Source of the DNA: a virus | Lineage: Duplodnaviria; Caudoviricetes | IMG/VR virus record: IMGVR_UViG_3300048611_000143 | Span: 1-27,305 of that record | DNA length: 27,305 nucleotides | Strand: one strand, 5' to 3' | Shown here: positions 1 through 9,700 of the stretch, piece by piece | How the letters are laid out: the number at the start of each line of letters is the position of its first letter | Numbering within the stretch: position 1 is the stretch's first letter | Program-made: the position numbers and the translations under genes | The notes under the pieces: model-generated | Seen by the model: only the letters and a program-made list of their open reading frames with translations | The model's database searches: none | Told to the model about the DNA's origin: nothing

Positions 1-62
1 GGCTGTTTACTTAACAAGTAAGATGTAAATATCAACCTTTTTTTAATTACTTAGGAATAACT

Positions 63-386
63 ATGAATGATTTTCAAAAAAATCTGAAGTTACTAGGTGC
101 TTGTGATGTTGCTGTACAGGCTGCAAAAGATATTCGTAATCCAACCCAGGCTTGGAATGAATGTACTCACATAACTTGGATGGACTGGATGATAGGAACA
201 TTAACTGATAGAGGTTGTTTACCTTATCATCATGTAAAAAGATGGAAATCTTTTACATGTAAACGTGGAGCAGGACGTTGGGTTGAGCAAAAACGTCACC
301 TTATTTCTGCTCAAACTATGGCTCTAGCTTTTAATAAAGCAGTAGCTCAAGAAAAAAGAAAGATAGAAGCTTCTTTTGAGGATTAG
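63..386 (+). CDS. hypothetical phage protein (107 aa)
   Basis: ORF with AGGA Shine-Dalgarno upstream of the ATG and 3 nt from the next gene; no family recognised. Confidence 0.7.
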   Translation: MNDFQKNLKLLGACDVAVQAAKDIRNPTQAWNECTHITWMDWMIGTLTDRGCLPYHHVKRWKSFTCKRGAGRWVEQKRHLISAQTMALAFNKAVAQEKRKIEASFED

Positions 387-389
387 ATA

Positions 390-1487
390 ATGAAATCTGA
401 AAAAACTACATTATTCTTTACACAAGGATCTGCTGACAAAGTCTATATTGCTGAGCTCCTTGAAGAATCTGAAGGTAATTGGGTTGTTAATTTTGCTTAT
501 GGGCGCCGCGGTAATGCATTGCAATCTGGATCAAAAACAATATCACCTATGGCTTATGAAAGTGCCAAGATTATCTATGACAAACTTGTGGCTTCAAAGG
601 TAGCAAAAGGATATACCCCAGAAGAAGACGGTATTGCATTCTCTGCTCCTACCGATGAAATAGTTACCGGCATGCTTCCTCAATTACTAAATCCAATAGC
701 TGAGGAAGATTTTGAACAGTTATTTGATGATTGGTCATTTGTTTGTCTTCAAATTAAGCATGACGGTCACCGACGTATGGTTTCCGTAAAGCCCGGAGGA
801 TCCGTTGTAGCCGCAAATCGACGTGGATTACAGGTCGGACTACCCCCAAACACTGAAATGGCCTTACAGAGCCTCTCAGAGCGTCTCAGAGTACCTTTGG
901 TACTGGACTGTGAAGATATGGGCACTCACCTAGTTGTCTTTGATGTGCTAACAATGGATAAAGATCTTCATGAAGGATTCTCCATGAGAGCCATTCAGTT
1001 GGCTTACCTGGAAGGTGAGTATGAGCGTTTAGGATTAAATGAAACTCTTCTAAAATGGGAACACCCAAAGCATGTCATGAATAAGACAGCCCTGGAGCAA
1101 TGGATTACTGCAGCTCGATATGCAAAGGAAGAAGGTGTAGTTCTGAAGGATCCAGATGCTCCCTATAGCATTGGCCGACCTAACTCTGGTGGACCTGCTT
1201 TAAAGTATAAGTTCGTTGAGAGCTGTACATGTCTAGTACTGGAACAAAACCAAGGAAAGAGATCAGTTCAGTTAGCAGTAATAACTGACGATGGAGCTCC
1301 GTTGTTTATTGGGAATGTGACAATCCCTGCTAACTACAAGATTCCCCGTCGAGGTGATTATGTAGAGATTGAATATCTCTATGCATATCCAAATGGTGGA
1401 TCTCTCTATCAGCCTCAGTATAAGGGCCCTCGTATAAATAAGACACAGGCTGATGAGTACTCGAGTCTTAAATTCAAGGAGAATTGA
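390..1487 (+). CDS. ATP-dependent DNA ligase with N-terminal WGR-like domain
   Basis: N-terminus has a WGR-domain pattern (SADKVY...VNFAYGRRG...KLVASKVAKGY). Ligase motifs: I KHDGHR, III LDCE, IIIa VVFDVL, IV EGVVLK(DPDAPY), V LKYK. C-terminal OB-fold-like segment (VEIEYLY...SLYQPQY). Confidence 0.88.
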   Translation: MKSEKTTLFFTQGSADKVYIAELLEESEGNWVVNFAYGRRGNALQSGSKTISPMAYESAKIIYDKLVASKVAKGYTPEEDGIAFSAPTDEIVTGMLPQLLNPIAEEDFEQLFDDWSFVCLQIKHDGHRRMVSVKPGGSVVAANRRGLQVGLPPNTEMALQSLSERLRVPLVLDCEDMGTHLVVFDVLTMDKDLHEGFSMRAIQLAYLEGEYERLGLNETLLKWEHPKHVMNKTALEQWITAARYAKEEGVVLKDPDAPYSIGRPNSGGPALKYKFVESCTCLVLEQNQGKRSVQLAVITDDGAPLFIGNVTIPANYKIPRRGDYVEIEYLYAYPNGGSLYQPQYKGPRINKTQADEYSSLKFKEN

Positions 1488-1488
1488 A

Positions 1489-1779
1489 ATGACTAGAGTT
1501 ACAGAACATAAACGATGGCGGTGTAATACATGCAATCGAGTAAGCCTGGAAACAGAACTATTAACTGCACCAAGTCCGTTTGATCCTGAAGATACATTAA
1601 CAGGCTGTCCTCTTTGCAAAGGATGTGACGAAGGATTTGAAGAATTATGTGATGAGCCTAATTGCATGCAACAAGCAACAGGTGGATGGCCAACTAATGA
1701 TGATTCAGATCAATGGGGTGGATATAGACGAACTTGTTTTAAACACTCGAAATGGAATAAAGATGAACCTCAACAATGA
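1489..1779 (+). CDS. Cys-rich putative zinc-binding protein (96 aa)
   Basis: Start moved from 1453 to ATG 1489, which follows AGGAG at 1478-1482. Motifs CNTC, CPLCKGC, CDEPNC, CFKH. Confidence 0.72.
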   Translation: MTRVTEHKRWRCNTCNRVSLETELLTAPSPFDPEDTLTGCPLCKGCDEGFEELCDEPNCMQQATGGWPTNDDSDQWGGYRRTCFKHSKWNKDEPQQ

Positions 1780-2035
1780 CATTATTAAAAGGCTACAGCA
1801 AACACCAGAGGAAACTTCTCCTGAAGAAATTCGAGCTCTAGCCTATTTGTGGCCAAATAGTATGGAAGTTTTACTATTACGGAACCAACAGATTAGATTG
1901 CTTAAAGAGCGAGTTTTACAGGCAAAACTTGAATATTATGGTGCACAAGAGCGTACAACCAAGTATGCCCGTTGGCTGGTAGGTTGGACAATCTGTTCTT
2001 TCTTAATTGGGCATACTTTAGGATGGCTAATATGA
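1763..2035 (+). CDS. hypothetical protein with coiled-coil and C-terminal hydrophobic helix (90 aa)
   Basis: Start at ATG 1763 avoids a long overlap with the upstream gene. C-terminal WLVGWTICSFLIGHTLGWLI; stop overlaps the next start (ATGA). Confidence 0.62.
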   Translation: MNLNNDIIKRLQQTPEETSPEEIRALAYLWPNSMEVLLLRNQQIRLLKERVLQAKLEYYGAQERTTKYARWLVGWTICSFLIGHTLGWLI

Positions 2036-2568
2036 AAATCATTGGGATTACTGGGAAAGCTCGATCAGGAAAAGATACTGTTGGAAATTACCTATGTTTG
2101 AAACATAATTTCGTTCAGTTGAGCTTTGCAGCTCCTATAAAAAGAATGGTCACTACGCTGTTGAATCGAGGTGAAGATTGGATTGAAGAACATAAAGAAA
2201 AATTTATTCCTGGCTTAGAGTCACCTAGAGTCCTTATGCAGACACTTGGTACTGAATGGGGGCGTAATATAATTGATGAAAATATCTGGATAAATTTAGT
2301 TAGTCGTGAAATAAATAATCTAATGACACAACATGCACATCCTGTACCTGCTGGAGTAGTTATAACTGATTGTCGTTTTGAGAACGAAGCTGAATGGATC
2401 CATAGGCAAGGTGGTGGAAGAATTTGGCAAGTGATACGCTTTGATGCTCCTGAAATTCCTTCACATTCTTCAGAGGCCGGTCTTTCTACGAACCTCGTTG
2501 ATGAAATTTTATTAAACAACAGTGGCTATGAAAAGTTATATCAACGCATTGAGGAGATACTAAAATGA
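2032..2568 (+). CDS. deoxynucleoside monophosphate (dNMP) kinase, phage type
   Basis: MKIIGITGKARSGKDT P-loop, SFAAPIK, PRVLMQTLGTEWGR, VITDCRFENE and HSSEAG motifs typical of phage dNMP kinases. ATGA overlap supports start 2032. Confidence 0.9.
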   Translation: MKIIGITGKARSGKDTVGNYLCLKHNFVQLSFAAPIKRMVTTLLNRGEDWIEEHKEKFIPGLESPRVLMQTLGTEWGRNIIDENIWINLVSREINNLMTQHAHPVPAGVVITDCRFENEAEWIHRQGGGRIWQVIRFDAPEIPSHSSEAGLSTNLVDEILLNNSGYEKLYQRIEEILK

Positions 2569-2750
2569 TAGTAGATACCATTCGTAATATGAGTGCATTC
2601 CAATTCTCTTATTTATGGCAACAAGTAAACGGATCTCGCCATGAAATTGATAATTATTGGATAAAAAAGCAAAAAGCAGTAGTAAATTTCTTAGAAAATG
2701 TACAAGCGCATCAAGACAGAATAGCTGATCTTTATGAAAGAAGAAAATAA
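2565..2750 (+). CDS. hypothetical protein (61 aa)
   Basis: GAGGAG upstream; overlaps both neighbours in operon-like packing. Confidence 0.6.
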   Translation: MIVDTIRNMSAFQFSYLWQQVNGSRHEIDNYWIKKQKAVVNFLENVQAHQDRIADLYERRK

Positions 2751-3144
2751 CTGCTGTCCTTATTGTGACGAAGAATGTGAAGAAGTTGGTGGACAGCAAC
2801 TTTGGCCTGGTCGTGAGGATTTAATGAAGAAACGCTTCTTAGTATGTTGGAACTGTTCAGCACATGTAGGCATAGATCCTAATGACCGTCTTCGAGGTTA
2901 TCCAGCTAAACAACATATTCGAGAACTACGTAGTATGATTTTAAATGCTTGGTTTACTGTAGTTAATAGTAATAAATGGGGCTCTGATGAAGTAGAAAAA
3001 TTTGGAGAGTTATTGGAATACGAATATAGTATTAATATTCGAAAGCTTGGATGGCTAGAGGAAGATGAGCTAAGAACTCTTCTTGCTATACTTGACCATC
3101 AGCTCATTCCTAATACTCCAGAAGTGGATGCTTTATTTGTTTAA
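2734..3144 (+). CDS. zinc-finger protein, DUF3268-like
   Basis: CPYC...LWPGREDLMKKRFLVCWNCSAHVG...GYPA...IRELR matches the pattern of this phage zinc-finger family. Confidence 0.7.
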   Translation: MKEENNCCPYCDEECEEVGGQQLWPGREDLMKKRFLVCWNCSAHVGIDPNDRLRGYPAKQHIRELRSMILNAWFTVVNSNKWGSDEVEKFGELLEYEYSINIRKLGWLEEDELRTLLAILDHQLIPNTPEVDALFV

Positions 3145-3506
3145 AGAGCAACTCCTGCTGAGAACTCTACATCAGAATCTTCTGGACGCTTCACATGAAT
3201 ATTCATGATCTTCACAGTCAACAGGCGTACTAAAGTCTGTCCATTAGAGGTAGTTACTGTATTGGTAACTCGATGAAGAGTACCAATCTTGGTACCACCA
3301 CTTAGTTGTACAGAAGTTGTTTGATTAGTGAAAGAGCTCCCTGAAACAGCAACTGATCCCTCAACATCCCAATCACTATCTACAATAGTATCAACTGGAT
3401 CAAATTGAGCCAGATCTTCTGTGTAGTCAATAGAAAAAATAGCATCTTCTGCTAGTCCTTTCTCCGCGGGAGCTAAATATGTGTCTTGGACTGATCGTTT
3501 ACTCAT
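3141..3506 (-). CDS. small beta-rich virion/tail-fibre adaptor-like protein (121 aa)
   Basis: K-x4-D-x2-FSIDY...DTIVDSDW...VQLSGG...VTNTVTTSNGQTLVR pattern seen in small phage structural proteins next to tail-fibre genes. Confidence 0.6.
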   Translation of the reverse strand: MSKRSVQDTYLAPAEKGLAEDAIFSIDYTEDLAQFDPVDTIVDSDWDVEGSVAVSGSSFTNQTTSVQLSGGTKIGTLHRVTNTVTTSNGQTLVRLLTVKIMNIHVKRPEDSDVEFSAGVAL

Positions 3507-3754
3507 GAGCGAAATACTCTCTCATTGTAGGCAAAGAAGACTCGACGATTATACGACATGAAAATATCTCCCGCATTAGCACTAATTACTGGATCAGAAG
3601 GAATTCCTGTAGTGAAGAATATTTGAACAGTTGCCCCATCTTCTTTCAATAAGAAGTCATCAATATTTACAATTTCAACTCCGATATCATCAAGAACTTT
3701 ATCCTCAATGACCTCTTCAGTACCTTCACTTGTAATAAGTACTCCATAAGCCAT
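3503..3754 (-). CDS. hypothetical protein, probably structural (83 aa)
   Basis: Translationally coupled to both neighbours in the minus-strand cassette; acidic. Confidence 0.65.
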   Translation of the reverse strand: MAYGVLITSEGTEEVIEDKVLDDIGVEIVNIDDFLLKEDGATVQIFFTTGIPSDPVISANAGDIFMSYNRRVFFAYNERVFRS

Positions 3755-5214
3755 TAGGGAACCTCATAAGATGCTAGACCTTCAAGTCTGACATCCATGT
3801 AAGTTATAGAATTATCAACTGAAGTAGTAATCTTTACTAACACACTTTCACTTGTCGTCTCCAAGGATTGGCTTAAAGATCTTTGATAGCTAAAATGCTC
3901 ATCTGTTACAACGCCAGAGTCTCCAGCTTCATCAGTAACCATGCTAAGCAGCGTTATGCCGCCTGGAGTAAAGGCTGCTGCACTATATTCCCAACCAATA
4001 TCAGCATGAAACAATACTTCTACGTTGAAGTTTGCATCAGTTGCATTTGCAAGACCTTGAGCAACAACACGAGTAATGGATGCTGCATCAGCTAACGATA
4101 CTTTTTCATAGGCTGCGAACCCATAATTGAAATCGCAGGTAAAGTTCACACCGTCAGAGGTTAAGGTATATGTGATCTGCCCGATCCATCTTTTATCAGT
4201 CTCTAGATAATCATCTGCTGTCAGGCCAGCTACAGCACCTGTGAACAGTACTTCACTATCTGCAGGAGTTCTGGTTCCATCATCAGCAATTGATGTACCA
4301 GAGACCGTTAGAGTGATATTTGCACCATCAGTTGATCCAGCACCAAATACTATAAAAGCATGGGCGCCTTGAGAAGCATTGGCAGAACCATAGTTTTGAG
4401 TTGTAGATGCTTGGGTCAGATTCGTATCAGCAGCAGGGGCATCATAGAATCCACCTAGATAATTTATACCGTTGTTCAGATCCTGAGATCGAAATGAATA
4501 GCTTCGTTGGAAAGGAAATTCTGACAGTTCATCTCGAGTATGCGAGTGAGTTGTTGGAGGACGTGGATCATTCTCGTCATCAAGAACTGCATCTCCCAGG
4601 ATTGCATTAAGTTCTGCTAGAGTGTCAATACCTGCTGCTGTAAGTAAAGTGTCTCCAACATAAGCATTTAGCTTGGGCACAGTATCAATATCATCTGGCA
4701 ATAGGTAACTTTGTAGATCTGAAATGTCAGCTTCCAGGAGAGTGACTGCTCCAGTTTTTCCTGCTACAGAAAGAACTTCGTCTGTGTAGTCCAGTTTATG
4801 CCAGTTACCTGCATATGCATTATTCGGAGCATCATCTATTAGAGCTACTACTCGATCATTTACATCAAATTGGATTCCATCCACTAACCCAGCAATAGAA
4901 CATATCCAGGAGTCCCCTGCTTTCGTGCTGGCTGGAAATAACAGTGTAGAGGCATCCCAGGTGCCTTTTAGGACTACAGCGGCTGTAACGGCCCCTACGG
5001 AGCTCTCAAGGGCATCCAGGTCTACAGCTCCAGTAACAGTAATAAGATCTAGCTTTGCACCATCATCCTGAACTGTTCGTCCATTGATGGTATCAGCAAG
5101 AGTGACTGGAGACAGAAAGCTTGCTGGTTCTTTGAAAAGATATTCGTCACCGACTTGGACAATCTCTAATCGTTCAGTATCTGGGTTGTAAGCAACTACG
5201 TGTTTACTTGCCAT
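3754..5214 (-). CDS. putative tail fibre / virion decoration protein (486 aa)
   Basis: KGTWDAS..AGDSW, VLSVAGKTGAVTL and DPRPPTTHSH motifs common in phage fibre proteins; Thr/Asp/Gly-rich beta-type C-terminus. Confidence 0.65.
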   Translation of the reverse strand: MASKHVVAYNPDTERLEIVQVGDEYLFKEPASFLSPVTLADTINGRTVQDDGAKLDLITVTGAVDLDALESSVGAVTAAVVLKGTWDASTLLFPASTKAGDSWICSIAGLVDGIQFDVNDRVVALIDDAPNNAYAGNWHKLDYTDEVLSVAGKTGAVTLLEADISDLQSYLLPDDIDTVPKLNAYVGDTLLTAAGIDTLAELNAILGDAVLDDENDPRPPTTHSHTRDELSEFPFQRSYSFRSQDLNNGINYLGGFYDAPAADTNLTQASTTQNYGSANASQGAHAFIVFGAGSTDGANITLTVSGTSIADDGTRTPADSEVLFTGAVAGLTADDYLETDKRWIGQITYTLTSDGVNFTCDFNYGFAAYEKVSLADAASITRVVAQGLANATDANFNVEVLFHADIGWEYSAAAFTPGGITLLSMVTDEAGDSGVVTDEHFSYQRSLSQSLETTSESVLVKITTSVDNSITYMDVRLEGLASYEVP

Positions 5215-5277
5215 AATTTAGCATTTTCCTGTATTTAATTAGATGGATCAACATAACTATACAACTTTTATTGGAGA

Positions 5278-5487
5278 ATGGGAATGAATGATATATTAGA
5301 AATAGTCCTTGCTGTTGGAGTAGCAATAGGTTACGGATTGTACTGTGTATATCGTGCAATACGCAAAATTACTGCCAATATGCGAGATCAAGAAGAAGAT
5401 CGAAAAAGGGCTGAAGAACATTTTGAGCAAATCTTAGCTCACCAAAAGTATCGTCGTCGTAGATCGGATGCAGCTAATGACTACTAG
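5278..5487 (+). CDS. small membrane-anchored protein (69 aa)
   Basis: GGAG upstream (ATG 5284 is an alternative start); N-terminal hydrophobic helix followed by a charged tail. Confidence 0.65.
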   Translation: MGMNDILEIVLAVGVAIGYGLYCVYRAIRKITANMRDQEEDRKRAEEHFEQILAHQKYRRRRSDAANDY

Positions 5488-5647
5488 AACTTGGGCACCT
5501 CTTTATAAGAAGCATAACCGACACCACCATCCAGATGAGCCATGTCCTTACTGTAAGATTCTTGAGTTAGAAGAAGAATTAATACTGTTAAAAAGTCTTA
5601 CTGGATCACCGTACTCAAGTACATCAACAGATGGAGAAGCAGCATGA
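5477..5647 (+). CDS. small putative metal-binding protein (56 aa), absent from the ORF track
   Basis: Translated by hand: MTTRTWAPLYKKHNRHHHPDEPCPYCKILELEEELILLKSLTGSPYSSTSTDGEAA. It fills the gap exactly and its stop overlaps the next ATG (ATGA); in-frame ATG 5468 is also possible. Confidence 0.6.
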   Translation: MTTRTWAPLYKKHNRHHHPDEPCPYCKILELEEELILLKSLTGSPYSSTSTDGEAA

Positions 5648-5958
5648 ATAAGGATCCTTGTTTACATACTGAGTTACGTTGTAAGTGTTGCTTACGAGAT
5701 GGTGATGCTGCCTTCTTTACTAGAGATTCAGTTAAAGCTGACGGATGGGAGATACTTCCTTCTATAGAACAAGAATTCGTTTCTCAATTAGAATTAATAG
5801 CTCTAGATGCTATTTCTGAACATTTTCCAGATGTACCTATGGAAAATATATCTTTTGATTGGAATTTTGACATCTACTATCAGATTGCAGAAGATGTAGA
5901 GGATTTGGAAGAGGAAATTGCTTATGAAGAAGAAGGCAGTACCGGAATTTTCAGGTAG
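5644..5958 (+). CDS. acidic hypothetical protein (104 aa)
   Basis: GGAG upstream, ATGA overlap; N-terminal Cys/His cluster and very acidic C-terminus. Confidence 0.65.
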   Translation: MNKDPCLHTELRCKCCLRDGDAAFFTRDSVKADGWEILPSIEQEFVSQLELIALDAISEHFPDVPMENISFDWNFDIYYQIAEDVEDLEEEIAYEEEGSTGIFR

Positions 5959-6247
5959 ACCCTTTTTATATGGACGATTTCATTTTGAAGATCAATTCCG
6001 CCAAGCTTTAATCAAGCAAGGTACAAAGCTAATTCATATTGTTCATCTTGATGATTTCTTTGTTCGAGCACGAATTGCTCCTCTGTCAGATCTTCGATAT
6101 TTTAAAGAAGAACTCAATTCAGAAGATGATCTTCGTAAAATAAAGAAGAGGGCCCGTCAATTCAAAAAAAAGAGTCCCATGGTGGGACTCAAAAGGGAGA
6201 TGACGAAGAAAGCTAAAAGAATTATAGATGAAGTCTTGGATCTTTAA
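5924..6247 (+). CDS. basic hypothetical protein (about 107 aa)
   Basis: GAGG upstream of ATG 5924; Lys/Arg-rich. Confidence 0.62.
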   Translation: MKKKAVPEFSGRPFLYGRFHFEDQFRQALIKQGTKLIHIVHLDDFFVRARIAPLSDLRYFKEELNSEDDLRKIKKRARQFKKKSPMVGLKREMTKKAKRIIDEVLDL

Positions 6248-6291
6248 TTCAGAATATAATTCAGTTTAATTTATGATAAAGGAGAACTGCA

Positions 6292-6399
6292 ATGGAACTT
6301 ACATTCTGGCAAAAAGTACGTGATTGGTTAGAGAACCTACCTCAGTGGGTAGTTGGTGGAGTAGCTCTATTGGCTTTGATTATAGCGGTGATGAAATGA
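6292..6399 (+). CDS. 35-aa single-pass membrane peptide, absent from the ORF track
   Basis: Strong AAAGGAG at 6278-6284. Sequence MELTFWQKVRDWLENLPQWVVGGVALLALIIAVMK; stop overlaps next start (ATGA). Confidence 0.65.
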   Translation: MELTFWQKVRDWLENLPQWVVGGVALLALIIAVMK

Positions 6400-6785
6400 A
6401 GCATGAAACAGATAACTTTTTTAAGTTTTTTAAGATAGTCTGGTTTCTTAGTTTTATTTTAGCAATTGGAATAGTCACAGCAATTGTAGTTTTATTGTTT
6501 ATAGCAACATCTAAGTTCGCAGAAGCAAGTGAGTTGGATGTGATAGTAGATGAGCCAATAATCATCACAGAATTCCATGGAAGGAACGATTCAATCGTTA
6601 CTGGAGTCTCTGGTGATAATGCTATTAATCTCTATCGCAGCCACGGTCCCCGTGGGGGCCAGACGGTAGGGGTGGTGGGAGATCAGGTAATTCTGATCAA
6701 CCATCTCCCCAACCGTCATTATTCATCTTCCGAAGAAAGTATTCGGAATCCAACTGATCCATCTCCAAATAGAAGGGATGAATAG
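6396..6785 (+). CDS. membrane-anchored hypothetical protein (129 aa)
   Basis: Start moved to ATG 6396 (ATGA coupling); long N-terminal hydrophobic helix; 3' end overlaps the vRNAP 3' end by 63 nt. Confidence 0.55.
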   Translation: MKHETDNFFKFFKIVWFLSFILAIGIVTAIVVLLFIATSKFAEASELDVIVDEPIIITEFHGRNDSIVTGVSGDNAINLYRSHGPRGGQTVGVVGDQVILINHLPNRHYSSSEESIRNPTDPSPNRRDE

Positions 6786-9700
6786 CTCACCTTCTATAAT
6801 GTGATCATGTGGAAACATATGGAATTTCCGCGTTAAATTGTTGAGGAAGGCATACTGCGTTATGTTCTCTTCAGCAGCTCGAGACCCAGTCAGGCTACCT
6901 GCCACCCCTTGTAACCCTAATACAAGAGAAGCCTGTACTGGGTTTCGTTTAAATATTCTAAAAATGATCCGCTGAATTCTAAAGAAGAATTTAGTAAACA
7001 TTGCTAAGCCATTATCATTCATGAATTGCAGAATTCTATTCTGGGGTACGTTGTAGTAAATAAACGTATCCAGAGCATCATGAATTGCTTGACGCTTATC
7101 AACCTTCTTCACCTTCGTTTGCCAGTTATACTGGATAAACCGACCAACAAAATCACCATATTGAGTGGCTATCAAAGCTGCTTTTCCTGATTCTGATCCC
7201 TGAACCATGAAAGCTTCTTCAAGCCCTCTAATTGCTCCTCGAACACCGGTGATCCCACCAAACTTATCAATTACCTTTGATGTAATATCTTTGCGAATAG
7301 ATTTTTCACTTGCTTCAAACTCTTCCACGATAGAAGTAAACATTCCTTCTTCTACCAAATCCCGTACGGGATTAGTCAGCAATGCTTGTTGCAATCTCAA
7401 CAATCTTTGTTCAAGTTTTACTACAGGTTTTCCTTCTCTTTTTAGATTGGCCACAGTGAGCTCTAATTCATTTTTGGCTTTTAGATCCTTCTGATAGTTT
7501 CGCATGCCCGCTATGGCAACCTTGGACTGTCTGAGGATGTAATTAACAGGAATGTTTTGGCTTAACAGTAGTATAAAGTTAGAGATTATATTAAAGATAA
7601 CAACTTCAGGCGTCAGAATAGCAATTCTGTAACGAATCCATCGTATAGTGTCTAACCAAATTTGTTCAGCAACATCTACTACAGGGGCTGCAGGAGACAG
7701 GAATTTATTATTTGACCAGGCAATTTTTCGGAATCCTAGAACCAGATTAACCACATCATCTCGGAGATATATGACATCTCCGCCAAATTTCTGACGAGCA
7801 TATAGCTTGGTGTCCTTTGGTAAGAGATTCCATAACTCTCGACCTTTAGGATTAGCTACATTGGCTCCTATTTCTACGAAACGAAAGTCTTCCTTATCAC
7901 TACCCTTACGGGCTTCAATATACTCATCATTTAAAAGGTCAATTGCCTCATGGTTAATAACCTTGGTATTTGTTTTATCTTCAATAGAAGCCATCATTCG
8001 AGGTAGAACTTCATCAAATGATTCATTATTTTTGAGATGCTCTCGTTTCATCTCTCGATCCATAATGTATCGAAAATCTACTATGTCTCCATCTTCGTTA
8101 TAAAGAGGAACTGTGAAAACTCCCTCAGAAGGAACTGGTAGACCATGATACATACGCTCAATAAATTTTTTGTTAAGAATATTCATATCACGAATTTTAT
8201 TATGCACTTGTGCAGCAGTGAAACTTGCAGATTGTTCTTCTGGAGCAGTAATAAATTCCGAATCAAACATGCCGGTGCCTTTCTTATGCTCACCGGTAAG
8301 GGACACAACAGACTTACTATATTGAGCAATACTATTTTTGCGTTTAAATAGAGACAGGGGAAGTCCGCTATCTATATCATCTCGTTTTAAATTTTTAACA
8401 AAAGTAAAGCCTTGAGCCTTCATAGTCTCAGTACTTTTATCTGAAGCTTTAAATTCAATTCTGGGATCAGTAATGTCTGCGGTATATCCCTTTTGCATTA
8501 ACAAAGGTTTATCTTTAAATAAATACTCTTCAGAGAGTTGCTTAAAGACACTAGCTGTATCAAGAACACCATTAAAGCCATTCATATGAACAGGGCGTTT
8601 TATCTCTGCTTCCATAAGATCAAGCGTAGAATCTACTGCTTCTCTTGAAAGAAGCTGAAAAGCTCGAAGAGATGTTAACCGATCCAGGATATCCTTAACC
8701 TTAGTTTCGTCTAATTTAATGTCGTCTTCTACAAGCTTTAATTGTTCCATCATGGCAGTAGTATTCAAAGCTTGAGATCTTCCAGCTCGACCAGTAACCA
8801 TTAGGTTAGCTAGTCCTTTAGACTGGGTATTAAACAAGTTAAATTGTTTTGTACTTGTTTCGATATCCAATTCCAGGGTCAATGCTTCAATCATAAGTTG
8901 AATCTGTTGCGGACTACGCAACAGGCTTAATAATTGACCTACATTCAAGGCATTCTCGCCTTCTGTCAGAGCAACAATATCTGTATGCAAGAGGACACGA
9001 GTAATGTTTTCTTTCATGGTACGTGTCCACTTAATCTTTGGATCAAAATATGATTTAAGAGCTGAACGTGTATGTTCAAACTTCTCTTGACGCATAACAT
9101 CAATGAGGCGTTCTGAACGTCGTTTAGCATCAATCCAGCTACGATTACGATCTGCCCATGGAAGAATTTCTTCTAACCATTGATACAGCCAATGATCCTT
9201 CTTAATCCCTGTGAGAGCTGATTCAAATGCTTCACGGAAGCCGCGGAGAGCCCTTTCATCTAGAGTAGACGCTGTTGCAGCTTGTGCAGCAATAAGCAAC
9301 TGAGCAACTTTGTTTTTATCTTTTACAGCTTCATTAAGTGCATCACCGGCCAGGCTATTATTTTCTGCCCAAGTCTGTAGCTTTTCATGGGTAATTTTTG
9401 CCATTTTACGAAGAGCAAGATCGTTTAGAGAATCCAGCTTACGAGTGACCCATCCTTGATCCTCTCCTATCTCAATGCTAGCTTTAAGCTGGGCATTCCA
9501 GTGAACCATTCGACCAGCTAGCTCTTCCATGGCACCACTTACTTTTCCAACATCCTGGCGTAGAACTTCAGTCTTAATGTAATGAATAGCTCTCTCAAGT
9601 AAATTCATGAGAGTTTCAATTACACTATTACTTTTAACTGAAGCCTTCTTGTCTAAAGTATCTATTTCAGAAAGAATCTTTCGGAATTGTGGATTAGTGA

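Noticed and set aside
7-21. Hairpin TTACTT-AAC-AAGTAA at the window start as a vRNAP promoter or terminator
   Set aside because: AT-rich weak stem without a C-GNA-G loop, and upstream context is missing
1453-2031. ORF-track starts at 1453, 1625 and 1972 (also 6324)
   Set aside because: They create long overlaps; downstream ATGs with RBS or ATGA coupling (1489, 1763, 2032, 6396) fit better
6230-6262. TATAAT at 6255-6260 as a sigma70 promoter
   Set aside because: No acceptable -35 hexamer at 16-18 bp spacing and no TG extension; the AT-rich context makes a chance match likely
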